Source of the DNA: Octopus vulgaris
Lineage: Eukaryota
Length of the DNA stretch: 64,000 nucleotides
Direction of reading: 5' to 3'
NCBI GenBank assembly: GCA_951406725.2
Contig: OX597830.1
Span: 58,776,001-58,840,000, forward strand
The notes beneath the pieces are model-generated. The model did not search any database and was not told the DNA's origin. It saw only the letters and a list, made by a program, of their open reading frames with translations. This document shows positions 27,541 through 41,594 of this stretch, one piece after another; within the stretch, counting starts at the first letter, position 1, and each line of letters starts with the position of its first letter. Made by a program: the position numbers and the translations under genes.

Positions 27541-28881
27541 TAGTCTTATTTTTATCACAAGGCATTTTCTCTTGATGATCTCTAACAACTATATCTGGTC
27601 TATTAGCCTTGATTTCTCTAGCTGTGTGTATCGGCATATCCCAGAGTATGGCTACTTTGTCATTTTCTGGGTATCAGCCACATTTCAAATAAAGATACCT
27701 GATTTGATGGAGAGAGATGACTACTGTTATTGTTTACAATTGTTTTGGAAAATAATTAGAATTCAGTTGATATATATGTTGCAAAGTGTGATTGTTATGT
27801 TATCTGTGTCAAAATTAGTCTTTTAAATATTAGAGAAGAAAGTACGAAGAGCAGAGGATATAAAGGGGAGAAATGAGTGGATAGAATGCGAAGAAATGAA
27901 TACGATTTAAAACATACGCAAATGCACCGGTTGACGTTTCATCTTGACTGGAAACATCCGATCTCAGGGAACAGGTATATTGTCAAATATGTAAGTACGT
28001 TCCTGGTCTTGAAAAAAATTCAATTAAACGTCGATGAAATTTTTCAAACCGTGTTTTATACGTGTAAATATGAAATCCTGTCGCCACTAGTTATTTTGGG
28101 CTTGACATAACAGCAATGATATTAAGATTTCTGTCCGATTGCCTGTGAACAGTTACCCTCATTCACAAAGATTGCTTGGATTTTTCAAGGGGGGGATGAC
28201 AGTTAACAAAGATCAAAAGGCAAATTTATGTCTGCAACCACTGCATCCGGCTTGTTTCTATCTCCAGGCTAATTTCTGGTCATCACCATCCTGTTGAGGG
28301 CTTTCGAAATGCGATAAGAGCTTACAATTGATTTGAGGGACAAATTCAATCTCGTATTTTTATTTAACATTTTTCCAATTGTCCAGTTATTGCAACTAAA
28401 TTTTGACATTTACTTCGTAAATGTCACGTGAACACAAATTTTTGTGTGCTTTATACCTGGCTAAAATAGATTTTCCACGATGTAACTGTTATAAAGACTG
28501 TTTAGTGAAAAACACGTTTAAATCTTAAACGATAAGAAACGAATCTGTGAATTGAAAAACAGTCTGTTCAATGCTTATAAAGTGGAAATAACTGTATTCT
28601 TCATACAAACTGTTTTATGCAATTAATTCTTTTGGTCTCAAATATTGGTGCAAAGCCAGCAATTTTTGTAGGTGGGGCAAGTCGATTACATCGACCCCAG
28701 TACTTGACTGGTATGTTTTTTAAAAGACTTTGGAAGATAAAGTTGATTGCAGCAGCAGCACTTGAACTCGGAACATAAAGAGACGGAAGAAATACTGCTA
28801 TACCCTACGCGCTAACCATTCCGCCAGCTTGCCGCCTCCCCTACCACCATAATGGAAACGATTTTCTGTACCATCCATAAG

Positions 28882-29120
28882 AGTGGTTCACAACCGGTTT
28901 TTTTACTTTTGGACCCATTTGATTCCTGTTTTACTCGAGTGGACCCCCATAACCATTCCATGTTTTTAAATTCCTATTATACGTTTATAATCAAATATTA
29001 TTAAGAATTGCATTTAAAAAAAAAAAAAAAGATAATTGAGGTATTTTAGAGGTATAAGCAATTTATTGCACACAAATTTTAACAATGAAATCTTGTATGG
29101 ATTCCGGTTCAGAACTACTG
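28882..29120 (+). mobile_element. hAT-type MITE (degenerate copy of 49686-49959)
   Basis: TIR-like AGTGGTTCACAACCGG / CCGGTTCAGAACTACTG ends, with internal homology to 49686-49959. Confidence 0.6.
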
Positions 29121-29639
29121 ATCTTTACTTAAGAAATTGTACAGTAATTTCCCACTACGTATTGCTATAGAAATGTTCATCGTTACTCTTATAAGACTTG
29201 TTCCCCGGATTGAATTACGCTAAGAATGAATTTAACATGGTCAAAATTGAACTAACACTATTTTCATTTAGATAATCACACAATAATTCCATCTTTCAGT
29301 TTTATACACAAACGGTACATAAATATTATGTGTTGTGTAATATTGGTTTCAAATTATGGCACAAGGCCAGCAATTTCGGGGGATGGGGTTAGTCGATTAG
29401 ATCGATCCCCCAGTGCTCAACTGGGACTTATTTTATCGGCTCTGACGACTTCAACTGAATCTGAACTCAGAACGTGAAGACGGACGAAATGCAGCCAATA
29501 TGTTGCCCTGCGTTCCGCCATCGCACCACCTTCTCTGTACTGAACAATATTACGTAATATTATTATTCCGAAATGGTTCATGCAAGAGATTCTAAACGAC
29601 AACTTCATCATACTTTAGTTGTACCAGTTTTGCTTTTGA

Positions 29640-29953
29640 CATGGTTGAACGACCAATCCCAACCGGTCGGGATTCACAGAACGGGTTGTATAATAACAAT
29701 GCTATGAAATTTCAGGCACTCCACTATTGGTCAAACATCAGGCTAAAATCGGAATACAGTGGACCAGAAGGTAATACTATCCCAGAGTCAAAGTCGGTGC
29801 ATAACCTGAGGGTTCACATGAGCAATGATGCAACATTCCATGTGCATATTACCAAGATGGCAACACTGTGCAGGCGAATGGCTGGACGGATTCTGAGGAC
29901 ATTCAAGAACCAGGAAAAGGGAGGGGCCCTGCTACCCCTATGGAGGACTTTCG
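29640..29953 (+). mobile_element. CR1/L2-clade LINE ORF2 fragment
   Basis: KFQALHY...SVHNLRVHMSNDATFHVHI...RRMAGRILRTFK...LLPLWRTFV aligns with the same region of the ORF at 56342-57664. Confidence 0.7.
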
Positions 29954-30006
<53 letters not shown>

Positions 30007-30008
30007 GT

Positions 30009-30055
<47 letters not shown>

Positions 30056-31073
30056 CGTGTGAAACGAAATGAAACATGTTCTGTAAGTTAACAGTTTGAT
30101 TAACAACTGAAATTTAAAAAATTGTGCTGTCAACCATCCGCTCTGCGGCAATGTTCAGTCCAGTCCTGGCTCAATTTTCAGAGTCAGAGTGTGACTAGAG
30201 TTTTCTTTAACACTAGTTCCGACTAGTCCCTTCAGAAATCTTTTGTAATCTCAGCCAAAAGAAAAGAAACTTATGAATCGATATTCTAAAAGACGTGACT
30301 AATTTCCCCTTCACTTTCTTTATAAACGCCGAACCAAACGGAAGCTTTTGTTTCATGATATATTTTAAAAACTTACGTACGTCTATGTCCGAATGGATTC
30401 TAGAATTATGAAGGATATTACAAGAACTTTACAACTGAAATAATGCAAGCTTTCTATCAAACATTGGTGTTTTCAAGTACTCCGTTCAGACTTCGTTCAC
30501 ACTCTCAGGACTCTTACATAACAGGGATGTATATAAACACCGAGGATAACATTCTCTCTACCAAATTCTAACTCCTCTCATTCTTTCTCAACTTAATTGT
30601 TTACAAAATTATCATGATGCATATCGGTTCCTTTATCCATTTACTTTGGTCTACATTATAAATATTCTTTTTAAGAGTAATTGTCCATAATCGGCATCCA
30701 AAGTAAAACGAGTATGACACCCCTGTTAAAAAAAAAAACGAAAAGAATTATACTCGCAAAACCGGCGCAAAACCGTTCGAATGTGGCAATATTTAGTGGT
30801 GAGACAGCTGCCACTTTGGAATAATGTCTTCTTGAAAAACGGAACATATTACATTACTCTAGTGTATGCTTTAATAAGGAGACTGAGCTATCACTCTACT
30901 GGTGAGGGCGTAAGTCGATTATATCGATCCCAGTACTCAACTGGTATTTATCGATCCTGAAAGGATGACTGGCAAAGTCGACCTCGGCGGAATTTGAACT
31001 CAGAACGTAGTGACGGACGGAATACAACTAAGCATTCAGTCCAGCGTGCTAACAACTCTGCCAGCTCGCAACC

Positions 31074-31128
<55 letters not shown>

Positions 31129-31130
<2 letters not shown>

Positions 31131-31311
31131 CCAGGACTTACAAACACATATAACATACAGAAAATTGCACTACTAGGCACTGCACACATCCTACGCAGAA
31201 CACTTTCCATACAATAACCATCAGAGCATCACAACAAATCACAGTACATACCCAAGGCACACAGAGCTGCGCTCGGTAGTGAAGTGAAAGCACGCTATAA
31301 AAATAAAACTA

Positions 31312-31378
<67 letters not shown>

Positions 31379-31388
31379 GTAGTAGTAA

Positions 31389-31444
<56 letters not shown>

Positions 31445-32099
31445 TTGATAGTAGTAGTAGTAGTAGTAATAATAATAAAATATTAAAAATAATAACAACA
31501 ATAACAACAACAACAACGGCAACAACAACAACAACAACAGCAACAATAATAAATGCCCTGATGCAGTACCAGGCAGTGGTTCTCATGGCTGCTGATCTTA
31601 ACTGATTGCAAGTGTTATCATGTACATTGTTTTGTTTTGGTATAAAAGATGGGCTACAGCAAATATTCTGCTCAATATCACAGACTAGCTTGTCAGTTGT
31701 TTGACCTTAACCAGTTGAGCATGTCCCTTAGTGGCTGACGATATGTGCATCTCTGATCACGAGCAGAAGTAGTGGGGGAGCATCATAGCCGTGTAATGAA
31801 AGAATTCTTAGAGGTTTGGATAATTCACCTTTGGAAACATGGGTGTTTCGTTCAACATCCTTAAACAATCCTTATTCAGGGACCTTTTGAGCGGGATGGG
31901 TTACTCGACCAGAAGAAAATTCTAACAGGGTCCCACCTGCAAGGTCATGCGCTGTTTATCTTGATATGAGATTACCATGTCGTGCGCATATAGTTGTGAT
32001 GCATGTGCCTGGTGTACCCTTATGAGACGGGTAGTCATGATGGGTATACTGGGCTTCGTATATTTTACCCCAGTGTCACTTTGATGGCATGCACTGCTC

Positions 32100-32100
<1 letters not shown>
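31129..32100 (+). mobile_element. R4/Dong-type LINE 3' end plus a 550-bp companion segment, embedded in (TAA)n
   Basis: PGLTNTYNIQKIALLGTAHILRRTLSIQ* is the C-terminus typical of R4/Dong elements. Flanked by (TAA)n. A second copy lies at 62934-63680. Confidence 0.7.
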
Positions 32101-32172
<72 letters not shown>

Positions 32173-32331
32173 TTGAATGGAACTTCACCGTTCAAACTGT
32201 CAGAAAGATAGATGCAAATAGGCCAGACATCATTTAATTTTAGTAAATATATCTGTTAAAATGAGATGTCAGTGTTATTTTCATATTTATGTAATTTCGA
32301 CGATAATATATTCGCAGCATCCTGTATATAT

Positions 32332-32394
<63 letters not shown>

Positions 32395-32559
32395 CTTTGT
32401 TCTTGTATTTGTCCCCCACAACCGCTTGACAACCGGTGGCGGTCCTTTTTCCGTCTCCGTAACTTAGCGGTTCGACCGAAGCCCATGCTAGAGCACAGTC
32501 CAATGACTGAAACTAGCAAAAGAGAAAAAGGAAAAAAGTTTAAAATAAAATTAAAATGG

Positions 32560-33226
32560 CGGGGTTCAATTGCTTTAAAATGACTTTGTTCTCTTATGAT
32601 TCCTTCTGTGGCGGGAGATATTTATGTTGCCTGCAGTTATTGTATTTTGGATTGACTTTTAAAATAAAGCACGGACGGTGGCCAGATGTTAGGGGTGATA
32701 TGATCGCAGAAATTGTCTGACAGCAATGTCTAGGTTCTCCTACTTGTGTGGCGTGGTGCAGAGTCCTTTTGCCAGATATAGGGTCTTCCAGTAGACACCC
32801 TCTTGACACAGGGCAGCACTACCTCCCTCAGGCACTTGATGTAGGTCTCAGTGTTGAGTCTGAGGCCGTGTGGGAAGATGAATCGAGACAAAACGTCGCC
32901 ATCACTAATGATCACCCCAAACACCATGATGTTGACCGGATGTTTGATTTTTATCATTCTCAGTACATGTCCTCAGATTGAACTCACCTCAGATTGACAC
33001 CCAAAAACTGAAATGTTCGTATTGGAGCTTTCTGCGCAAATACCAAGAAGTACAGTATGTCGTTTCCAAATTTCTGGCTGAGTGAATTTCGTCATGGTGA
33101 TGTTTTTCTCACAAACGGTGCCAAAATGACCCTACTATACTGTGTAGTCGACAATATCAAAAGCAAACAATGCGCATGCGCAAAATCGAAAATATAAAAT
33201 GGCGACAATTTACCCATCGCACCCTG
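32560..33226 (-). mobile_element. Tc1/mariner-superfamily transposon remnant (internally deleted)
   Basis: IMVFGVIISDGDVLSRFIFPHGLRLN..YIKCLREVVLP..RPYIWQKDSAPRHTSR is a DDE-domain segment. A TIR-like CAGGGTGCGATGGGTAAATTGTCGCC lies at the ~33226 end. Confidence 0.75.
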
Positions 33227-35029
33227 TGTGTGTGTGTGTATGTGTGTGTATGTGTGTGTATGTGTGTGTGTGTGAGAGAGAGTGGATATATATATGAATA
33301 TACGATGAGCTTCCGCACAATTTCCGTTTACTAAACCCACTCACAAAGCATTGGTCGGCTTGGGGCTTTGGTTTCATGGGTCCACAACTTTTTCATTCTT
33401 CCAGACAATCCTAGAGACCTGCGAGGTTTAGATGTGGATGTGTTCAAAGTATAATTGAAAAATTTTTATCTGGGGGACTAAAGAAACCCATATCCGTGGC
33501 AGGAAAGACAAAGAAGAGCAACTCTGTCCAACTTGCTACTTCACTAGAAACACTTCCGGAGAGCCAGGAAGTGAGTGTGAAATAAAGATCAATCACACAA
33601 AAAGTGGTGCATTAAAATGACTGCAACTTCTGACTGAAACCAGCAAAATTAAAATTAAAATAAAGAGAAAATAAATACAAGAATCATAGCTGTTGCCCAT
33701 AGTTACAAAAATAAATGTTTCTGTCTGAAATAAATGAAATGAGACGAGTATTGTGTCTGAAGTTGTTTTGTAATCTTTATTAATATAAACACATGAACTT
33801 TGAGTGTTGGAAACCTCTAGACATAAATGTAAATACTTATACATGTGTGTGTAAGATTACTTTCCCACCAAATTCCACCCGGATTACTACTGAAACTCTA
33901 AACGATTTGGATTGCCATCTTCCTAGATTTGCAGTCTGCAGTGTTGTTAATTCGTTTCAGACTCGTCTACCATGACTTCTCGGACTTTTTGAACCCTTCG
34001 AAAATTATCATCTTTCCTTTCTTTATCTTCAAGACTTCATACATTAACATTAGTAGACCTCTGTTAAACATTTCATTTATAGTTTATACAAAAATTTACT
34101 TTCGTGGATCTCCTTCTCGAGCTTAAATTACAGAAAACTGTTGCGTTGTAAATTCCTCAAATACCTGTTACTGGAGCATATCATTCTTATTTACCAATTA
34201 CTCCCAATTTCTGCCGCGTATTTCGGTCAACACACTTTCTTTTGACTTCTCTATAATTTGATGCCATTTTAAATTGTAAGGATTGCAAGATTTCCGGAAA
34301 TAATGTATTAATTCGAAAATCACAGAAACACTCTGTATTTTGTTTCTCCGCACACTGATTAGAGAGAGAACGAGAGCAAAAAAGTAAGTCTACCCTATTC
34401 TACCCGCATTCACTTGTCTCCATACGCATACAAACACAAACGTCTGCCACTTTCCATTTAACCTTTCAGAAGAGAGCGGGTAGTCTTACGTTGCCGCTCG
34501 ACAAACCAAAAATAGCATCACAATCTCCCTCAAATCACAACCTACCATTGTGGAAATACAGCGAAAGATGTATGATCCAGCTGAAATATCTTTCATCATA
34601 GGTCAGCGTTTGAGCTGTGGATTCATAACAACATTCACAATACCAACAATTTCTGTATCGATTCACTTTGTTTGGGGATCGAGGAAAAGTTTTTACTACT
34701 TGATACTGTGGTCAGCTTATTTTCATTGGTGATGGTCACTTATTCTTATGCTGTTGAATTATTTTACAATATTCTTACAGGCAACACAATTTAATTTCAA
34801 AAACATATCCGATGACAAAACGTGTTGGCCACTAAACTGGGATCAACTAGAGTTTGAAAACAATGAAACTGATATATAATTAGTTATCATAGCCCTCTTC
34901 CAATCTATAAACTACCTCCTACTTCCGCCAGCTCCTTTTTCCAGTTTGCACTTTCACCCTCTTCACTTCTTTCTCCCAGATACGGTCTCACTCGTTCATA
35001 CTTATTTGATGTTTATTTTAAACAATATA

Positions 35030-35613
35030 TCCTTTTCTACTCTAGGCACAAGGCCCGAAATTTTTCGGGAGGGGGGGCAGTCGATTAGACTGACCTCAGT
35101 AAGCAACTGGTACTTAATTTATCGACCCCGAAAGGATGAAAGGAAAAGTCGATCTCGGCGGAATTTAAATTCAGAACTTAAAGACAGACCAAATACCTAT
35201 TTCTTTACGACCCACAAGGGGCTAAACACAGAGAGGACAAACAAGGATAGACAAATGCATTAAGTCGATTACATCGACCCCAGTGCGTAACTGGTACTTA
35301 TTTAATCAACCCCGAAAGGATGAAAGGCAAAGTCGACCTCGGCGGAATTTAAACTCAGAACGTAACAGCAGACGAAATACCTATTTCTTTACCACCCACA
35401 AGGGGCTAAACACAGAGAGGACAAACAAGGACAGACAAACTGATTAAGTCGATTATATCGACCCCAATGCATAACTGGTACTTAATTTATCGACCCCGAA
35501 AGGATGAAAGGCAAAGTCGACCTCGGCGGAATTTGAACTCAGAACGTAACGGCAGACGAAATACCGCCAAACATTTCGCCCGACGTGCTAACGCTTCTGC
35601 CAGCTCGCCGCCT
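35030..35613 (-). mobile_element. Family A SINE, trimeric form
   Basis: Three tandem ~185-bp subunits (CCCCGAAAGGATGAAAGGCAAAGTCGACCTCGGCGGAATT) followed by the tRNA-like head on the minus strand. Confidence 0.85.
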
Positions 35614-36013
35614 ACAATTTTTGAAAACACTATATCACATTGAATATGTCCAGACTCTGACCAAACTACAAAACCATTAACAACATAATCTTGCCGTTAA
35701 ACTCCAGCTCTATACATTGTTTCGGTTCGAGCTATTAATTATTCCATAGTTTTAGAAGTCCAATTAATCTCAATAAATTCAATATGCGATAATGTATCGG
35801 TAACCTGAATTAATATTTTCATTTTTACCTAACAAATTTGCTCTCGAGAATTTCTGAAACGCTTCAAATAATGACTTGTAAAATTCTATCTTTGTGCTCA
35901 GCGACATACCAGCCAGTTGATGTCAGCCAATTTGCTGACGATCGATATTCATTTCGGGGATGGATATTATGTATCACTGAGTTGCCCCATTAATTAACAA
36001 GTGTTTTTAACAA

Positions 36014-36091
<78 letters not shown>

Positions 36092-36524
36092 CGAAGACCA
36101 CGTGTGACCAAATGTATGTGTCGCACATTAGCTCACTCCCTCCATCAAATCCACAAGAGATGAAGTGTTTTGCTCAAGAATACAACACACCACCCGGTCT
36201 TGGAATCGAAATGTGTATATATCTAAATGTATATGTGCGCGCGTGCACACACACACACACTCACAGATACTTAGATAGATACTGAGATAAGTTTCGGCCA
36301 GAATTGGCCCAGACCGTGTCTATATTAATAGTACTACCTGGAACAGACATTTAAAGATGTTTCCTATTATTCATTTATGGCCATCATAGCCCATTCGAGT
36401 GGAGATTTATTGCTGATTGAGGTATATCCGTAGGTAACTGGTTTACCTGGAATTCGTTGGAGATAATCGTCCACGAACCGTTTAAATATTACGGGGTTGG
36501 CGTGTATTGGTGTGCTTAAATATA

Positions 36525-37800
36525 TTGGGTTGGTAACTAAGTTCCCGCCGCTGTTACAATTTAGTTTTTAAAAAAGATTTAATAAAAAATAACAACTAAT
36601 TAATCAATAATGTGTTCATCCTTGTTTACAAATTCTTCCCAACATTCAACAAGATTTTCAATACCTCGTTGGTAGAAATCACCCGATTTCGACTCGAAAA
36701 ATTGATCCAACCAAGCTCTCAATTCTGCATCAGTATTGAACGAAACTCTGCGCATAGCAGAGGTGGAAATCCGTTGGTGCCAAATCAGGAGAGTACAGCG
36801 GGTGTGGCAGCACTTCCCAGCCATGCGTTTAAATGGCTTCCTTGGTCATATTGGCGATATGAAGGCGAGCGTTGTCGTGCAGCAGAAGAACTCCATGCTG
36901 CCGATTAGGTCTTTTCTCATGAATAGCCGAGCTGAGTCGTTCCATCTATCGAACATAGAGTTCCGCGTCGACCGTTTCGTTCCGTTCAAGCAATTCGTAA
37001 TGGATAATCCCTTCCTAGTCCCACCATACGCACAACATCGTTTTACGCGGATGAAGATCCTGTTTCACGCGCGGTATCGCTTGTTTACCGGGGCTAAGCC
37101 ATTCCTTACGCTGCTTCAAATTGATGTACAGGCACCATTCTTCGTCGCCAATAACGATCCTGCAAAGAAATCGTTGCTTGTGTTCATGAGTTGAGCGGTG
37201 ACGAGCAAACAAGCCAGCAGAAATTGTGGCTCGTTGATTTTTGTTGTTGTCACTTAAAGCATGCTGAACCCATGCTCCATACTTCTGAAACTTTCCCATC
37301 GAGTGAAGATGCTTCTCTATAGTAGTGTGGGAGCTTTCCATTTTCTCTGCCAGTTCCCTTATCGTTTGACGAGAATTTTCGTGCAAAAGTTGGTTTAATC
37401 GCTCTTCATCGAACTCAACTGGACGGCCAGAACGAGTTGCGTCTTTGAGGTCAAAATCTCCATTTTTGAACTTGACATACCAATCACGAGCGGTTCTTTA
37501 AGCTATGGCACCCTCGCTATACACGGCACAAATGTCACGAGCAGCTTTTGCAGGCTTAGAACCTTGATTAAAAGCAAAAAGAAGGAGGTGTCGAAAATGC
37601 TCATTTTTCTTAACTTGACATTCCATTTTAATGATCTGAAAATAAACAAAAATTAACTAAAATTAACTATAAAAAAAAAAATTGATTCCAAAATGATTCA
37701 AAAATAGAATTCTCGAAAAAAAAAATAGATTTCAAAATTTAAAAACGCAATATATTCCAAAATAAAAAAAAAAACGGTGGGAACTTAGTTGCCAATCCAA
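36525..37800 (-). mobile_element. Full-length mariner DNA transposon (1276 bp, mellifera-subfamily-like) with inactivated transposase
   Basis: TIRs TTGGGTTGGTAACTAAGTTCCCGCCG / CGGTGGGAACTTAGTTGCCAATCCAA with flanking TA. The transposase starts at ATG 37626 (MECQVKKNEHFRHLLLF..RSGRP..WVQHAL..IGDEEW..YSPDLAP) and carries stops and frameshifts. Confidence 0.93.
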
Positions 37801-38764
37801 TATATACTAAATCTCAATTTCTGCCAAACTGCAAATGGATAACCCTGCAACGAACTAATCTCCTGATCAGGGGAAATGTCGGCCCGATTGCCTGGCCAGG
37901 TGTTGGCATCATTCGAAAGTGAAAACAATGTAAAACGTTTTCTGACCAGCATCCGGTATTCTGGTCGATCACACATACACACACGCACACACGCACGCAC
38001 ACACACACACATGCGTTCACACACGGACACACAGACAGACAGAAAGACACACACACACATGTCCCTTCTTGCTTTTCGTCTCGTTTACCATCACGGGTAC
38101 ACACGTACCACATCGCTTCAAGCTAACATGGCCACCGATCCTCACACTTTTCCTATCACTTCCCTAAATGTGCCCCAAGGTTGCACTGTACCCCTGCCAA
38201 CCTTTAAACATTTTTTCTTTCTCTCTATCTCTTTCCCTCCATCCCTTGCTCTCTCTCTCTCTCTCTCGCTCTTAAGATGCCCCCATTGTTAGAAGTCTGT
38301 TAGAAAGTCTCTAATTTCCATGAAAGATATCCATTCTGATCTTGTCAACTGTTACCTTCACTTCAATCCCTCGTGTGCCCTTAAGTTTAGTTTCGATTCT
38401 CAGATTCTTTCTCCTTTGCATCAAAAAACTGTTGGTTGCCACCTCCGCTGACGTCCACCTCTCCCCAGATCGTATCACCCTTCATTCAACGTCATCTCTC
38501 CGCGGCCAGGCGTTACCTGCATCTATCATATCACTCCGGTGACACCAGTTCTAAATTCATGAATGCGGACCTCGGAAACATCATTCAACGTCAATCCAAT
38601 CTCCTTCTGCAACACAGACAGGCAATCACAAAAACATATCAAGGAATGACCATGTCCATTCCTAAACATAACCAACATACATTTAGCACAACATAGACAA
38701 ATATAGGTATATCCTATACCATACGATATATATTCTTGGTTTATTAAAATCATCTTTGCTTCTA

Positions 38765-39330
38765 GATTACCATTTGGTCATTGTGATGCATCCTGTAGAG
38801 ACAGAGATAATTTTAAGAAATCAAACTTTTGTGGTTTCATTTATACCTGTATGGTATTTGATAGACCTGTATTCAAATACATGCCCCTGGCCACTCTGAG
38901 TGATTTATTTAAGCTCATTTAAAAAAAAATTATGCATATTACCTCAACCATAAATTTGTTGTACTCTTTTTGCATAAGTTCTTTGGCTACTAGAGAGAAG
39001 ATTTAACATTTGTCGTGCTGCTGATGATTATTGAGGCAGAAACGCGTGTCCATAGCTCTCCTTTTATCTCCGGACAATAAACCTGTCCTTTTCCTTAATG
39101 TAATGTCAGCTTTAGAGAATTCTTGATTCTTTTCATGCAGAACTGGTTTCCATTACCATTTGGTCATTTGCGATACATCCTCTAGGGGCGGAGATAATTT
39201 TAATAAAACAAAACTTTATCTTGTAAGACATTATATTTGTCCGTGTTGTTCAAATACATGTTACTGGGTGACTGGGCACTCTTGAGTTATTTCCCTCCGC
39301 TCATTTCTGTTTAAAATTATGCACCCGTAA
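38765..39330 (+). repeat. Diverged tandem duplication (~385-bp period) bracketing a degenerate hammerhead at 39017-39056
   Basis: ATTACCATTTGGTCATT..GAT.CATCCT.TAG...GAGATAATTTTAA occurs at ~38767 and ~39152. Between them lies GCUG-CUGAUGA-uuauugaggca-GAAA-CGCGUG-UC. Confidence 0.6.
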
Positions 39331-39810
39331 CCTTCAAAGTCGCTATAAATGCTAGACCGAGTGCACGGTATCAAAAAGATTGACTTATCTTTTCAAAGCT
39401 AGTAAACAAAAAAAAAAAAAGAAGTTCACCTCGCAACATCTAGCTGTCACCTGAGCTCCGGTGAGACCCACAGTGAAGTACATCACTTGTAAATGCTGAG
39501 AAAGTTAGGTGGGATTCATTGTGTGTTGGTTTGGTGAAGATATGCAACGACATTGTTAGTAATAGTAGAGATAATAATGATATAAATCAGTGCTTCGCAA
39601 AGTGGGCGGGACTGACCCCTGGTGGCGGAGGTGGAAACAAATTTTGTATGGGAAATGGGGATAAAGGGAGCAGTAAGGGGCGATAGATGCGCGTGTTGGG
39701 TTTTTCAGTCTTCGTTCCTTGTTTGAATAATAAATTGTTTTGAAAAAAAATTAGATGTAATAGTACGACAAACTGGTTTTTCGGTACAATCACAACAACA
39801 ACAGCAACAG

Positions 39811-39846
<36 letters not shown>

Positions 39847-40600
39847 TCCTTTCTATTATGGGCACAAGGCCTGGAATTTGTAAGAAGGGGGATAAGCGAA
39901 GGGGCTAATAATAAGAATCCTTTCTACTATAGGTACAAGGTCTAAAATATTTTGGGGAGGAGAGTAGTAGATTACATCGACCCCAGTACTTGACTGATAC
40001 TTACTTTGTCGATCCCAAAAGGATGAAAGGCAAAGTCAACCTCGGCGAATTTGAAATCAGAACCTAAGACGGACGAAATGCCTCAAACCATTTTGTCTGA
40101 CGTGCTAACGATTGTCAGTTTACTCTCTTATAATAATAATGATGATGATGATGATGATGAGGAGGATGACATTGATGATGATGATGATAATAATAATGAT
40201 AATTATAGTAATTATAATAACATATTTTAAAAAAAGAATTGACGTAACTCTTCACGAAGGTAAACAGTCAAGACGAAGAGCATGATTCGATTGTAAGTTA
40301 TTTTATTGAACGTTCAACAGAATGTCTGTCTTTGTCAAGTTCAAAATAAGAAGTGATAAAAATTCAGAAATTTAAACGTAAAGTATGAACGAGAGCAAGT
40401 AGCGTCCACACGTTGATGGAATGACATCATCACTTTTTAAGTCTTTAATAGGCGAAAAGAAAGAAAAAAAAAACAGAAAAAAGAAGACGACAGAAAAAAG
40501 GAACGAAAAAGAGAGAAAGAAGAATATTTAATCAAACAGCTTTTTATAAATTTGATAATATTCTCCTGTCATCTTATTCATCCCTCCTGGGCGTGATGTT

Positions 40601-40646
<46 letters not shown>

Positions 40647-40785
40647 GATTTCAAAAAGTGGATAAGTAAATAAAGAAAACCGAATATATACCATATAGTG
40701 AGAATTTACAAAAAAACAAAAGACGAAAACGTGTGTGTAAACAACAAACAGATGTATTAGTTTAACGCTCGTGAAGTGTGAAAGT

Positions 40786-40821
40786 CTTTTACGTTTCGAG
40801 CCTACGCACTTCGACAGAAAG
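40786..40821 (-). ncRNA. Family P1 minimal hammerhead-like motif (CUGUCGA core)
   Basis: CUUU-CUGUCGA-A-GUGC(guag)GCUC-GAAA-CG-UA|AAAG, within element ~40695-40895. Confidence 0.6.
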
Positions 40822-41594
40822 GAACATAGAAATAAACAGGGAGAGGAAACAGAAACAGAAAAAGGTTCAGTGGCTAGCGATCTATCATGGCGAATATATA
40901 TACCATATATACTTATAAGTGGATGCTACTGAGGTGTATAGTCACCTGCTTCAAACTAGAATCCAGAACATTAATCTTTGGTTTTACTTGTATGTACATT
41001 AAAACAAAAGAGTGATTTTTGGATCGTAGCAAATGAGTATTGATAAAGCATTGCTAAATAAAAAAAAAATGGCGATCGTTAAAAAGTTGGAGAAACATTC
41101 ATATAAATTAATATTGTTGAGGGAATAGTGACGTAATTTTCTCACAACGAACGCACACATACCATACGCTCACATGCATATAACCTTCGCCGACAAATTA
41201 TCTTATCCTAGATGTTAAAGACAATGGCTATCAGTAATGCCTGTTCTGGAATTTAAAGTTAATAACAGCTCGCACAACACTGCTAAGACTTTCAGCTACA
41301 AACCCAGATAATGCAGAAACCAACAAGCGCAAGGTCTCTGGCTTCGCAATGAGGAGGGTGTTGTTTCGAAACTTCCTTCTCCTCGAGAGATGTTTAAACA
41401 AAGCCCATGGTTTACTCACTCCCAGCTGTTGGATGACCATTGACTTTACTGAGTTCATCCGCCCAGTCACAGGTTTTGTTTTTCGTCCTGCAGGGTGTCC
41501 AACGAACAACCGCCATCTTTACAAAGTAGGCCTGGTTTAATCGCGGACAGCTCGATCATGCGACAGATTGTACTGGGTTACGTTTCCAGAAATG

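Noticed and set aside
33593-33700. Minus-strand MGNSYDSCIYFLFILILILLVSVRSC as a signal-peptide exon 1 of the SOSTDC1-like gene
   Set aside because: The hydrophobic run comes from the A-rich tail of a decayed CR1-like 3' end on the plus strand, and there is no good phase-1 donor.
35030-35613. CRISPR-like regularly spaced repeats
   Set aside because: The context is eukaryotic, the intervening sequences are themselves repeated SINE subunits rather than unique spacers, and no cas genes are present.
41230-41590. Possible RTE endonuclease fragment (SGFAMRR) before the (CATA)n array
   Set aside because: A single weak motif is insufficient to call.
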